From an uncultured Deinococcales bacterium (lineage in GTDB: Bacteria > Deinococcota > Deinococci > Deinococcales > JAAFIG01), in the NCBI GenBank assembly GCA_964244895.1, contig CAXTKV010000045.1, positions 1 to 29,412 of the forward strand: DNA of 29,412 bases. The letters run 5' to 3'. Below the pieces are notes generated by a model, which was not told the DNA's origin, searched no databases, and was given only the letters and a program-made list of their open reading frames with translations. The position numbers were made by a program, and so were the translations under genes. Positions 19,290 through 27,163 of the stretch are shown in pieces (position 1 is the stretch's first letter; every line of letters starts with the position of its first letter).

Positions 19290-19739
19290 ATGAAACTCGA
19301 GTACAACGGTTCAGAACAGGTTCCGCTCGCCAAGGCCGCCGTCTGGGAATTCATCAACGACCCGCAGAAAGTCGCAAGCTGCCTGCCGGATGTCAAGGAA
19401 GTCACCGTTCACGACGACAAGAACTTCGATGCGCTGGTGACGGTCGGTCTGGGGCCGGTGCGCGGCAATTTCAAATTCAAGATCACCCTGGACCCGCAGC
19501 CCGGCGGCGACCGCATGAACGTCAAGATCAGCGGCGGCGGTTTCGGCAGCGCCGTGGACTTGCTGGCGGGCGCCGACCTGAAGGACAACGGTGACAACAC
19601 GACCACCCTGGATTGGAGCGGAGCCGCCACCATGCGCGGCCCGATCGCGACCATCGGCGGGCGCGTCCTGGACGCGCAAGCGCAGAAGCTGATCTCCTCG
19701 ACTTTTGCCAACGTCAAGACCCGCATGGCGGACGCTTGA
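19290..19739 (+). CDS. coxG: CoxG/SRPBCC-family protein lacking a C-terminal membrane anchor
   Basis: 'VWEFINDPQKVASCLP', 'VGLGPVRGNF' and 'GPIATIGGRVLDAQAQKL'. Located in the cox cluster. Confidence 0.85.
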   Translation: MKLEYNGSEQVPLAKAAVWEFINDPQKVASCLPDVKEVTVHDDKNFDALVTVGLGPVRGNFKFKITLDPQPGGDRMNVKISGGGFGSAVDLLAGADLKDNGDNTTTLDWSGAATMRGPIATIGGRVLDAQAQKLISSTFANVKTRMADA

Positions 19740-19743
19740 TCGG

Positions 19744-19768
19744 AACACCGTCCAGGACGGTGTTTTTT
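19744..19768 (+). repeat. Palindromic repeat family A, short form with T-tract (intrinsic terminator-like)
   Basis: AACACCGTCC-A-GGACGGTGTT followed by TTTT, 4 nt after the coxG stop. Confidence 0.85.
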
Positions 19769-19829
19769 CGAGCGTAAGCGGATTGTTCAGGACGCATCCG
19801 TGAAATCTCGAGATGACCGCGAGGAACCC

Positions 19830-20513
19830 ATGAACCAGCCGCCCGAAATGCTCTGGCCGACCCCGATCCTGAAGCGCACCTTTGAGAATCGCGCCGCGGT
19901 GAACGCAGCGCTGGTGGACGCGTTTATCCGGGATCGGGACGCGCACGGCGGGCAGGTCGGCAACGTTTATTCATCCAGCGATGACATCCTGCAACGCCTG
20001 AACCATCCCGCGCTGCACGAACTGTTCGCGTTCGTCTCCAACGGTGTCTTCGAGATCGCGCAAACCATGAACGCGGGCATCTGGAAAGCCATGGGCGCCA
20101 GCAAGCTGCAGATGCACGTCGTCGGCGCTTGGTACCAGATTCAGAACCGCTTCGGTTTCCACGACATTCACAACCACGGCAATTGCTCGTGGAGCGGCGT
20201 GTATTACGTACAAATCGATGATCCAGAAAAGCGCGACCAGCACCCGAACCTGGGCGCGACGAACGGCATCACGCGCTTTTACGGACATCAGCTCGGGTTG
20301 CTGGGCGGGGCGCACATGGATCTGGGCAACGCCTACCTGCAGCACAGCAACTTCGACGTGCAACCCGAGGAGGGCACGCTGATCGTGTTTCCGTCGTGGT
20401 TGAACCACAAGGCCATGCCCTACGATGGCGAGAAGGATCGGATCATCATTTCCTTCAACGCCCAGGTTCACGGCGAGCGAGGCGATCAGGCGTTCAAGTA
20501 CGGATTTCACTGA
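19830..20513 (+). CDS. Putative 2OG-Fe(II) oxygenase (TIGR02466-like)
   Basis: 'LWPTPI', 'HNHGNCSWSGVYYV', 'FPSWLNH' and 'RIIISFN'. GAGGA RBS. Confidence 0.8.
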   Translation: MNQPPEMLWPTPILKRTFENRAAVNAALVDAFIRDRDAHGGQVGNVYSSSDDILQRLNHPALHELFAFVSNGVFEIAQTMNAGIWKAMGASKLQMHVVGAWYQIQNRFGFHDIHNHGNCSWSGVYYVQIDDPEKRDQHPNLGATNGITRFYGHQLGLLGGAHMDLGNAYLQHSNFDVQPEEGTLIVFPSWLNHKAMPYDGEKDRIIISFNAQVHGERGDQAFKYGFH

Positions 20514-21217
20514 TGAAGGCGGTATGTATGGAACAACACGTGAACAACTCGAGTTTGCACCATGCGATCTTGACGTTCCTGATCGAACACGGGTTTGTAC
20601 CGGATGTGGCTGAGCTTTCGACCATGCTTAAAGCGAGTGAGACGGATGTGATTGTGGGATTGCAGAGGCTCCAGGACGATCACGGTGTTGTTCTTCATCC
20701 AAACTCCAGCAAGGTCTGGGTGATTCATCCATTTTCGACGGCACCAACCAATTTTGTTGTGCGAACGTCCAACCGCGAATGGTGGGGGAATTGTGCGTGG
20801 TGCTCGCTCGGTGTGGCCGCTTTGCTCAATCAGGATCTCAGTATCGTCACGACGCTCGGCGCGATGGGCGAACAGGTAACGATAAAAATTGAGCACGGCA
20901 AGCTGGTGGATTCTGATTTTGTCGTGCATTTTCCGGTTCCGATGCGTCACGCGTGGGACAATGTGCTGTACACCTGTAGCGTGATGTTGTTGTTTAGAAA
21001 TGAACGTGATGTCGATTTGTGGTCTGCAGCGCATCGCATTCCCAAGGGAGATGTCCAGCCCATCTCAAGAATCTGGGAATTTTCCAAAGCCTGGTACGGC
21101 AACCATCTGAATCCCTATTGGACAAAATGGACCACTGAACAGGCGGTGCAGCTTTTTAGGCAATTTGGTCTCAACTCTGAAACCTGGGAAATTCCCGTCA
21201 CCCAGGGTCGCTTCTGA
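20513..21217 (+). CDS. MerB (alkylmercury lyase)-like protein
   Basis: N-terminal HTH-like region, 'HPFSTAPT', 'WWGNCAWCSLG', 'VVHFPVP' and 'YTCSVMLLF'. Visibly lower GC. Alternative starts at 20528 and 20540. Confidence 0.7.
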   Translation: MKAVCMEQHVNNSSLHHAILTFLIEHGFVPDVAELSTMLKASETDVIVGLQRLQDDHGVVLHPNSSKVWVIHPFSTAPTNFVVRTSNREWWGNCAWCSLGVAALLNQDLSIVTTLGAMGEQVTIKIEHGKLVDSDFVVHFPVPMRHAWDNVLYTCSVMLLFRNERDVDLWSAAHRIPKGDVQPISRIWEFSKAWYGNHLNPYWTKWTTEQAVQLFRQFGLNSETWEIPVTQGRF

Positions 21218-21250
21218 TCTCCTGCACGATGGTGCGCCCTCGAGGTGAGC

Positions 21251-22435
21251 ATGGCAGTTCCGGCAGATTTCTTTGAGCGGGTGACGCAACTCAAGCGCGA
21301 TGGCCTGAGCTTCACGACGGCCACCGTCGTGTCCCGCCGAGCGCCCGTCAGTTCGCACCTGGGCGACCGGGCGATCGTGTTCGCGGATGGGCGCATGGAG
21401 GGCTTCGTGGGCGGCTCGTGCTCGCGGGAGATCGTGCGCAAGCAATCGCTCGAGGCGCTGCGCTTGGGCAAGCCCAGGTTGGTGCTGATCCGCCCGGACG
21501 CGACCCTGGAAACCTTGCAGCACGCCGCCGACGCCGAGAGCATCGTCGTGCCGATGACCTGCGCCTCTGAAGGTGCCGTGGACGTGTACCTGGAGCCGCA
21601 CGCGCGGGCGCGGGTCTTGCTGGTGGCCGGCTTCACGCCGGTGGCCGAGCAAGTCGCGAGCCTGGGCGCGATGCTCGAGTACGAGGTGGTTCGCGTCGTG
21701 ACGCGCGAAGAAATGCGCGATCTGGAATTGAGCGGGATTCGTCTGGTCGCGCTGAACGACCTGACTGGGTTTCTCGAGGCGTTGCCCGAAGCTGCACGAG
21801 TGAGCATGGCCGCCGTCGTCGCGTCCCAGGGCCACTACGACGAACCCGCGCTCGAGGCGCTGCTGAACGCGGGTGTCGGCTTCGTCGGGCTTCTGGCCAG
21901 CCGCAAACGCGCCGCGACCGTGCGCGAACTGCTCGAGCTTCAGGGCATGGACGCCAGCCTGAGCGCACAACTTCGCAACCCGGTCGGGCTGGACATCGAC
22001 GCCAAAACGCCCGGCGAGGTCGCGGTCAGCATCATCGCAGAAGTGATCCAGGCCCGCGCCAGCGCCGCACCGATGTTCACGAACGCGGACGGGTACGATG
22101 CCCAAGCCCACAAAACCCGCGCGCTCGAGCCGGCTGCTGCGAACACGGCACCGACCATCACGCGTACAAAGAATACCGTTCCAGACGGTGTCTCCGTGGT
22201 CTCGGGCGGGACTGAAGCCGCATTGGTGCAACGCTCGAATGCGGTCGTGGGATTGCCCAGCCAGCGCGCCGGTTACGCGATTTCACCGGTGGACAGCGAG
22301 GAAATCGAGATTGCCAGCGCGATTCACTTCGCGGAACTGGACGGCCTGACGTACTACTTCTCGTGCCCGAACTGCAAACGGCGTTTCCTGAAAAACCCCG
22401 CGCAGTACCTAAAACCCGATCCGGTGAATTCGTGA
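21251..22435 (+). CDS. XdhC/CoxF-family Moco maturation factor fused to a C-terminal YHS/TRASH-like domain
   Basis: 'GFVGGSC', 'MTCASEGAVDVYLEP', 'VVASQGHYDE' and 'PVGLDIDAKTPGEVAVSIIAE'. C-terminal 'TYYFSCPNCKRRFLKNPAQY'. Confidence 0.88.
   Translation: MAVPADFFERVTQLKRDGLSFTTATVVSRRAPVSSHLGDRAIVFADGRMEGFVGGSCSREIVRKQSLEALRLGKPRLVLIRPDATLETLQHAADAESIVVPMTCASEGAVDVYLEPHARARVLLVAGFTPVAEQVASLGAMLEYEVVRVVTREEMRDLELSGIRLVALNDLTGFLEALPEAARVSMAAVVASQGHYDEPALEALLNAGVGFVGLLASRKRAATVRELLELQGMDASLSAQLRNPVGLDIDAKTPGEVAVSIIAEVIQARASAAPMFTNADGYDAQAHKTRALEPAAANTAPTITRTKNTVPDGVSVVSGGTEAALVQRSNAVVGLPSQRAGYAISPVDSEEIEIASAIHFAELDGLTYYFSCPNCKRRFLKNPAQYLKPDPVNS
22171..22194. repeat. Palindromic repeat family A copy inside the XdhC coding sequence
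   Basis: GAATACCGTTCCAGACGGTGTCTC encodes NTVPDGVS in the XdhC-YHS linker. Confidence 0.7.
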
Positions 22436-23400
22436 GCCAACCCGAGCGACAAGAACCTGAGCGATTGAGCCATCAGACCCTACAGGAGCGCTTCCAGGCC
22501 AGGGGCTACGTCACCTCGGACGAGTTCGCGACCGCGCTGCAACTCGTGATGGCGCTCCAGAAACCGCTGCTGATCGAAGGCCCGGCGGGCGTCGGCAAGA
22601 CCGAAAGCGCCAAAGTCCTGGCGGACGCGTTGGGCACGAACCTGATCCGGCTGCAATGCTACGAGGGCTTGGACGCCAACAGTGCGCTCTATGAATGGAA
22701 TTACCCGAAGCAGATGCTGCGCATTCGGCTGACGGACAACGATTCCAGCAGCCTGGAAGCGCGCGAAGCGCAGATTTTTAGCGAACCCTTTCTGCTCAAA
22801 CGCCCGCTGCTCGAGGCGATCACGCAGGACAAAGCCCCCGTGTTGCTGATCGACGAGGTGGATCGGGCGGACGAAGCCTTCGAGGCTTTCCTGCTGGAAT
22901 TGCTGGCCGAATTTCAGATCACCGTGCCGGAACTGGGTACCATTCGAGCCAGCCACCGCCCGTTCGTGATCCTGACCAGCAACCGCTCGCGCGAGCTCTC
23001 CGACGCCTTGCGCCGCCGCTGCCTGTACCTGTGGCAGAACTATCCGTCGCGCGAGCAGGAAATCCGAATTCTGCACGCCAGAATCCCCGGTATCACCGAA
23101 CGGCTGGCCGGACAGATCGCTCGCGTCATGGTCGAATTGCGCGCCATGCCGTTCCACAAGGTTCCCGGCGTGGCCGAAACGCTCGATTGGGCGCTGGCGC
23201 TGATGAGTCTGCACCGGGACGCGCTGGACAAGAAATCACTCGAGCTGACGCGCGGTTGCATCCTCAAAGCCCGCGAGGACTGGGGCTTGCTCGAGGGCCG
23301 GATCGACGCGCTCGAGGCCATCTGGAACGAACAGATCGGTGATCGCCAAGCGGAACTCGAGACGGATTTCGGCATCGGCAACGTCACGGCGCGGCGTTGA
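22432..23400 (+). CDS. coxD: MoxR-family AAA+ ATPase, CODH maturation
   Basis: 'EGPAGVGKT', 'IRLQCYEGLD', 'LYEWNY', 'LLIDEVDRAD' and 'LSDALRRRC'. GTGA overlap with xdhC. Confidence 0.88.
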   Translation: MSQPERQEPERLSHQTLQERFQARGYVTSDEFATALQLVMALQKPLLIEGPAGVGKTESAKVLADALGTNLIRLQCYEGLDANSALYEWNYPKQMLRIRLTDNDSSSLEAREAQIFSEPFLLKRPLLEAITQDKAPVLLIDEVDRADEAFEAFLLELLAEFQITVPELGTIRASHRPFVILTSNRSRELSDALRRRCLYLWQNYPSREQEIRILHARIPGITERLAGQIARVMVELRAMPFHKVPGVAETLDWALALMSLHRDALDKKSLELTRGCILKAREDWGLLEGRIDALEAIWNEQIGDRQAELETDFGIGNVTARR

Positions 23401-23551
23401 ACCACGCAGTTGCGCCAGGCCCGAATTCGTTGCGCACGGCGCCGTTGCTCGAGCCGAGCGTCTCCACGGAGCGAGGCGTCGCGTGAACGCCCGAAGACGG
23501 TGCTTGTCCCGACGGGTACGCGCGTATCGCTCGAGCCTCGTTTTTCGAGAG

Positions 23552-23593
23552 CACCGTCTGGGACGCACCCGAAAGAACGCGTGCAGGACGGTG
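23552..23593. repeat. Palindromic repeat family A just upstream of the coxE start
   Basis: CACCGTCTGGGACGC...GCGTGCAGGACGGTG. Confidence 0.7.
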
Positions 23594-23598
23594 TCGCG

Positions 23599-24864
23599 GT
23601 GAACTACTACCCAGCTGGCGAACTCTCCAGGAACCTACGAGCCTTCTGCGAAACCCTGCGGCTCGAGCACGATTTCAGGCTCGGCCCAGGCGAGATCGCG
23701 GACGCGCTCCTGGCGCTCGAGGCGGTCGGTCTGACCGACCCAGATCGGGCCCGAGACGCGCTCAGGTTGGTGTGCTGCGCGAGGCTCGAGGACGTGGGCG
23801 TGTTCGACCGCGCATTCGAGGCGTTTTTCTTCCCGAAACCGATGGGCGTACCGCAAGAAAACCAGCCCCCGCTCGAGCCTGATCGCCCGAAACGTCCGAA
23901 CAACAAGCGCACGGACGACGCCGAGAACGAGACCGACGAGAAGCTCAAACCCGAACACGGCGAACAGGACGGAGGATTCGACGGTGCTGCCGCAGAGCGC
24001 ACCCCCGACCAGGACGACGAAAAAGCCGTGCAGTCCGAAGGCGTGACGCGCGCCAAGTTCAGCCCCGTGGCCGGTGAAACCGCGCCCCTCGAGATCGCAC
24101 GGGATGGCCTCGAACCGATGCTGCGGGCGGCGGGGAGCTTCGTCGCGCGCTTGCGGCTGGGGCGTTCCAGGAAGTGGCGCAGCGTGCCCAGGGGCAGCCG
24201 CTTCGATTTCCGCCGCACCTTGCGCTCCAGCCTGTCCACGGGCGGCGACGCCATGCACCCGCGCTGGTTGGGTCATCCGCGTCGCAACCCGCGCGTGGTC
24301 GTGCTGCTCGACGGAAGCCGCTCGATGCTCGATCACTCGCAGGGCGCGCTGCAGTTTGCGTTCGCGCTGTCTCAACGATCCCGGCGCGTGGATGTCTTCG
24401 CGTTCAGCACCGAATTGCAGGATGTCACCCGTGATCTGAAAAAGCTCGCGCAGGACGGTCTGAAACGTGAAGCTCAAAACCGACCGAACAGTCTAAAGCA
24501 CCTCGAGAGCCGTTTCGGATTCGCGCTACACGACCTGAAATACGCCTGGGGCGGCGGCACGCGCATCGGTGAAAGCCTGACGCGCTTCGTGCGCGATCAC
24601 GCCTATCGCGTGCTGACTCCCGACACGCTCGTGATCATCTCGAGCGACGGCCTGGACGTGGGCGAGGTCGACGCCCTGGAGCGCGCCATGCGCGAAATCA
24701 AACGGCGCAGCGCGGGCGTGATCTGGCTCAACCCCCTGGCCGCACAGTCCGATTACCAGCCGACCGCCCGAGGAATGAGCGCCGCACTGCCGCACGTGGT
24801 GGCCTTGACGCACGCCAGCACCCCGGAAGCGTTCTCGAGGCTGGCGGATGATCTGAAGCTCTGA
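23599..24864 (+). CDS. coxE: VWA-domain CoxE-family protein
   Basis: 'FDFRRTLRSSLSTGG', MIDAS 'LLDGSRSM', 'WGGGTRIG', 'SSDGLD' and 'IWLNPL'. Confidence 0.87.
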   Translation: MNYYPAGELSRNLRAFCETLRLEHDFRLGPGEIADALLALEAVGLTDPDRARDALRLVCCARLEDVGVFDRAFEAFFFPKPMGVPQENQPPLEPDRPKRPNNKRTDDAENETDEKLKPEHGEQDGGFDGAAAERTPDQDDEKAVQSEGVTRAKFSPVAGETAPLEIARDGLEPMLRAAGSFVARLRLGRSRKWRSVPRGSRFDFRRTLRSSLSTGGDAMHPRWLGHPRRNPRVVVLLDGSRSMLDHSQGALQFAFALSQRSRRVDVFAFSTELQDVTRDLKKLAQDGLKREAQNRPNSLKHLESRFGFALHDLKYAWGGGTRIGESLTRFVRDHAYRVLTPDTLVIISSDGLDVGEVDALERAMREIKRRSAGVIWLNPLAAQSDYQPTARGMSAALPHVVALTHASTPEAFSRLADDLKL

Positions 24865-24960
24865 GGCTCCGCCCGATTGGCCCAAGAGGAAGGAATCGCC
24901 CTTCGAGCCTGTTCTGCGGCGCGTACCGCGGAACCACTCAAGTCGAGTTCAATACGCCGT

Positions 24961-25008
24961 AGAACCGTCCCGGACACGCATTCAATAACGCGTTCAGGAC
25001 GGTCTTCT
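24961..25008. repeat. Palindromic repeat family A between convergent genes
   Basis: AGAACCGTCCCGGAC...GTTCAGGACGGTCTTCT. Confidence 0.7.
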
Positions 25009-25035
25009 CGAGATACCCGACGTTGTTTGCCGCTA

Positions 25036-26247
25036 TCAGCGCACGAACACGACCCGACAGTTCGACTCGAGCGAACGGATCGAACTGGCATCTTCGGCAC
25101 TGACGTAGACCGTATCCGCGTCGGCCCGGTTCGCGTCGGCGGCGTTGATGATCGCGTCAACGTTGAGAACCCGACGTTGAGAACCGAGCAACAAAGCGGC
25201 CTCGTCTGGATCGCTGACGAACAACGCCAGCCCGTCGCCCTCGAGCTTTTCGGCGTTGCGTTGCAATTCTGCCGAAGGCCAGACGGGTTCCCCGTTCGGC
25301 CCCAGGATGGTTGGTGAGGCGCTCGGCTTCATGCGCGGCTCGAGCGTGCGCGCATCGACCACCAGGCCGCAGGTCTGGCTCCAGCGCTCCGACGCCCCGA
25401 GATTTTGCAAGTTGAAGCCGGTGGCTGCCGCAGTCTTCGGATCGGGGTTGTGCGGAATGACTGCGGATGCTCGAGGCGGCTGGACGGGCGCAGCAACGCT
25501 TGCAGCACCGGGTGGGGCAACCGCAACCGGGGTGGACGCGGTAGGGGAGATGGGCGGACGGACGGGCGTTCGAGGTGCGACGGCACTCGGGGTGGGCTTC
25601 GTTTGTGCAGCTGGTGGCGAAGCAATGGAAGGTGTCGAGGCGCTTTTCGGTGCGCTCGCGTTGCCGGGTTGAGCGGTGGCCGCGGCCTGTGGCGGGTTCA
25701 GGGCTGGGAGCGACGGATCCGGTTTGGCGGGTGCTTTGGCCGGAGCCGGTTGCACAGCCGGAGGTGGCTGGACGGGCTTCGCGGCAACTGGCGCTTGAAC
25801 CGGATTGACCGTGGCGGGCGTTTCCGGCACGGGTGGTTGAAGCTTCGGATTTTCTGGGCGCGCGGATCGTGGACTCTGAGGCTTCGTCCCTGCGCTCGGG
25901 GTGAGGGTTCCGGCTGGTGAACTCGCAGGGGCGGGATTCGTGGGCGCGGGATTCGTGGGCGCGGGATTCGTGGGTGCGGGATTCGTGGGTGCGGGGTTGA
26001 CTGGCGCGGGTTTCACGGGCAACGGCGCGGTCGCCTCCGCCACGGTATCTGGAGCCTCCAGCACCGCGGCGTTCGGCACCGAGCGCTCGCGGTGCGTACC
26101 CGCCAGAAACGCCAAGGCGACCAACCCCGCCAGGTTGAGCGTGACCCCGGCCAGCAACAGCCGACGATTGAGGATTCTCGAAGCGAACCACATCCGCCCG
26201 CTCGAGTGTTCGCGGTTCCTTGAAGCGGGTCGTTGCGCTGGATTCAC
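25036..26247 (-). CDS. Membrane-anchored Pro/Ala-rich protein with a small C-terminal globular domain
   Basis: Single N-terminal TM, a long P/A/T-rich linker, and C-terminal 'GLVVDAR...PSASPTILGPNGEPVW...VVFVR'. GTGA overlap with the upstream gene. Confidence 0.7.
   Translation of the reverse strand: MNPAQRPASRNREHSSGRMWFASRILNRRLLLAGVTLNLAGLVALAFLAGTHRERSVPNAAVLEAPDTVAEATAPLPVKPAPVNPAPTNPAPTNPAPTNPAPTNPAPASSPAGTLTPSAGTKPQSPRSARPENPKLQPPVPETPATVNPVQAPVAAKPVQPPPAVQPAPAKAPAKPDPSLPALNPPQAAATAQPGNASAPKSASTPSIASPPAAQTKPTPSAVAPRTPVRPPISPTASTPVAVAPPGAASVAAPVQPPRASAVIPHNPDPKTAAATGFNLQNLGASERWSQTCGLVVDARTLEPRMKPSASPTILGPNGEPVWPSAELQRNAEKLEGDGLALFVSDPDEAALLLGSQRRVLNVDAIINAADANRADADTVYVSAEDASSIRSLESNCRVVFVR
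25931..26020. repeat. Coding 15-bp tandem repeat (PTNPA x4 plus 2 degenerate units)
   Basis: GCGGGATTCGTGGGY x4 at 25931-25990, then two variants. Confidence 0.9.
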
Positions 26248-26882
26248 AGTTTCCTCCCGGCGACCACCCTGCGCGCCTGCGGCGGGGTCGAAACGGTCAT
26301 CTTGGTGCTGGTCACGACCGTCCGGGCGGCATCCGTCAGGATTCGGCTGGCCGTATCGTGCAACCAGCTGCGCGATTGCTCCATCTTTTTCAAAAGTGCG
26401 CCGTGACCCACGAAAGACAGCACCGCGATCGCGATGGCCAGCCCGACGATCGGGCCGCCCGAGCGAACCAGCTCGACCAGGCTGGCTCCGTTCAGAACCC
26501 GCGGCAGGCTCAGGGCCAGCCCGATCACCCCGAGCGCCGAGGCCAGCGCCCCGGACACCGTCAGCCCCAGGAGCGCCCCGTGCCAGCGCGTCTGTTCTTC
26601 CTCGAGTGCGCGGTTCATCGCCTCGAAAACCGCTTCCTTGCCCGCCTCGAAACGTTCCAGCCCCGCCGCGACCACCCTGGAAATTGGCGTCCCGGTGCGG
26701 AAAGCGTGCATGTACGCCGCCACGAACTCCCCAGCCACCAGGTCATCGTGGAGCTCATCGAGCAATCCGTCCTCGTTGCGGATCTCAAAATTGGCTCGGC
26801 GCTGACGACCAAAGTACGCCAGCGCCGCCAGCGCCGCGATGATCACGAGTCCGAACATGACAACCCATTGCGCCACCAGCAT
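26244..26882 (-). CDS. MotA/TolQ/ExbB-like membrane protein, divergent
   Basis: Three TM segments and a cytoplasmic 'PISRVVAAGL...EAMNRALEEE' region. GAGG precedes ATG 26882. Confidence 0.6.
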   Translation of the reverse strand: MLVAQWVVMFGLVIIAALAALAYFGRQRRANFEIRNEDGLLDELHDDLVAGEFVAAYMHAFRTGTPISRVVAAGLERFEAGKEAVFEAMNRALEEEQTRWHGALLGLTVSGALASALGVIGLALSLPRVLNGASLVELVRSGGPIVGLAIAIAVLSFVGHGALLKKMEQSRSWLHDTASRILTDAARTVVTSTKMTVSTPPQARRVVAGRKL

Positions 26883-27163
26883 CTCGACCTCGTCGCTTCC
26901 CGTTTGGTTCTTTGACCGAATCAGTTGAACATCTTCATTCTGCAAAAGTCTAGCTTCCTGACGCGCAGCCCAAATGAGAGCGCGCTACAGATGCGTTTCA
27001 GAGGGCGTTCCCAGGGGCTCGGGCGTGTACGGAATGTTTGCGGGCGAACCTGAGCAGAACGCCGGGATCGGATTCACATGCCGTCGCGCGAATGAGCAAT
27101 TCCCATAGAATTCGTGAAGCCACGTTCCCGTGCGCGCCCGAACCATCAAACGAGGTGAACGCG

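Noticed and set aside
20513..21217. Mercury resistance (mer) operon
   Set aside because: No merR, merA, merT or merP is present, and the catalytic Asp position is Cys.
25901..26842. ORF with GAGFV repeats on the + strand
   Set aside because: It is the reverse reading of the PTNPA coding repeat in the minus-strand gene.
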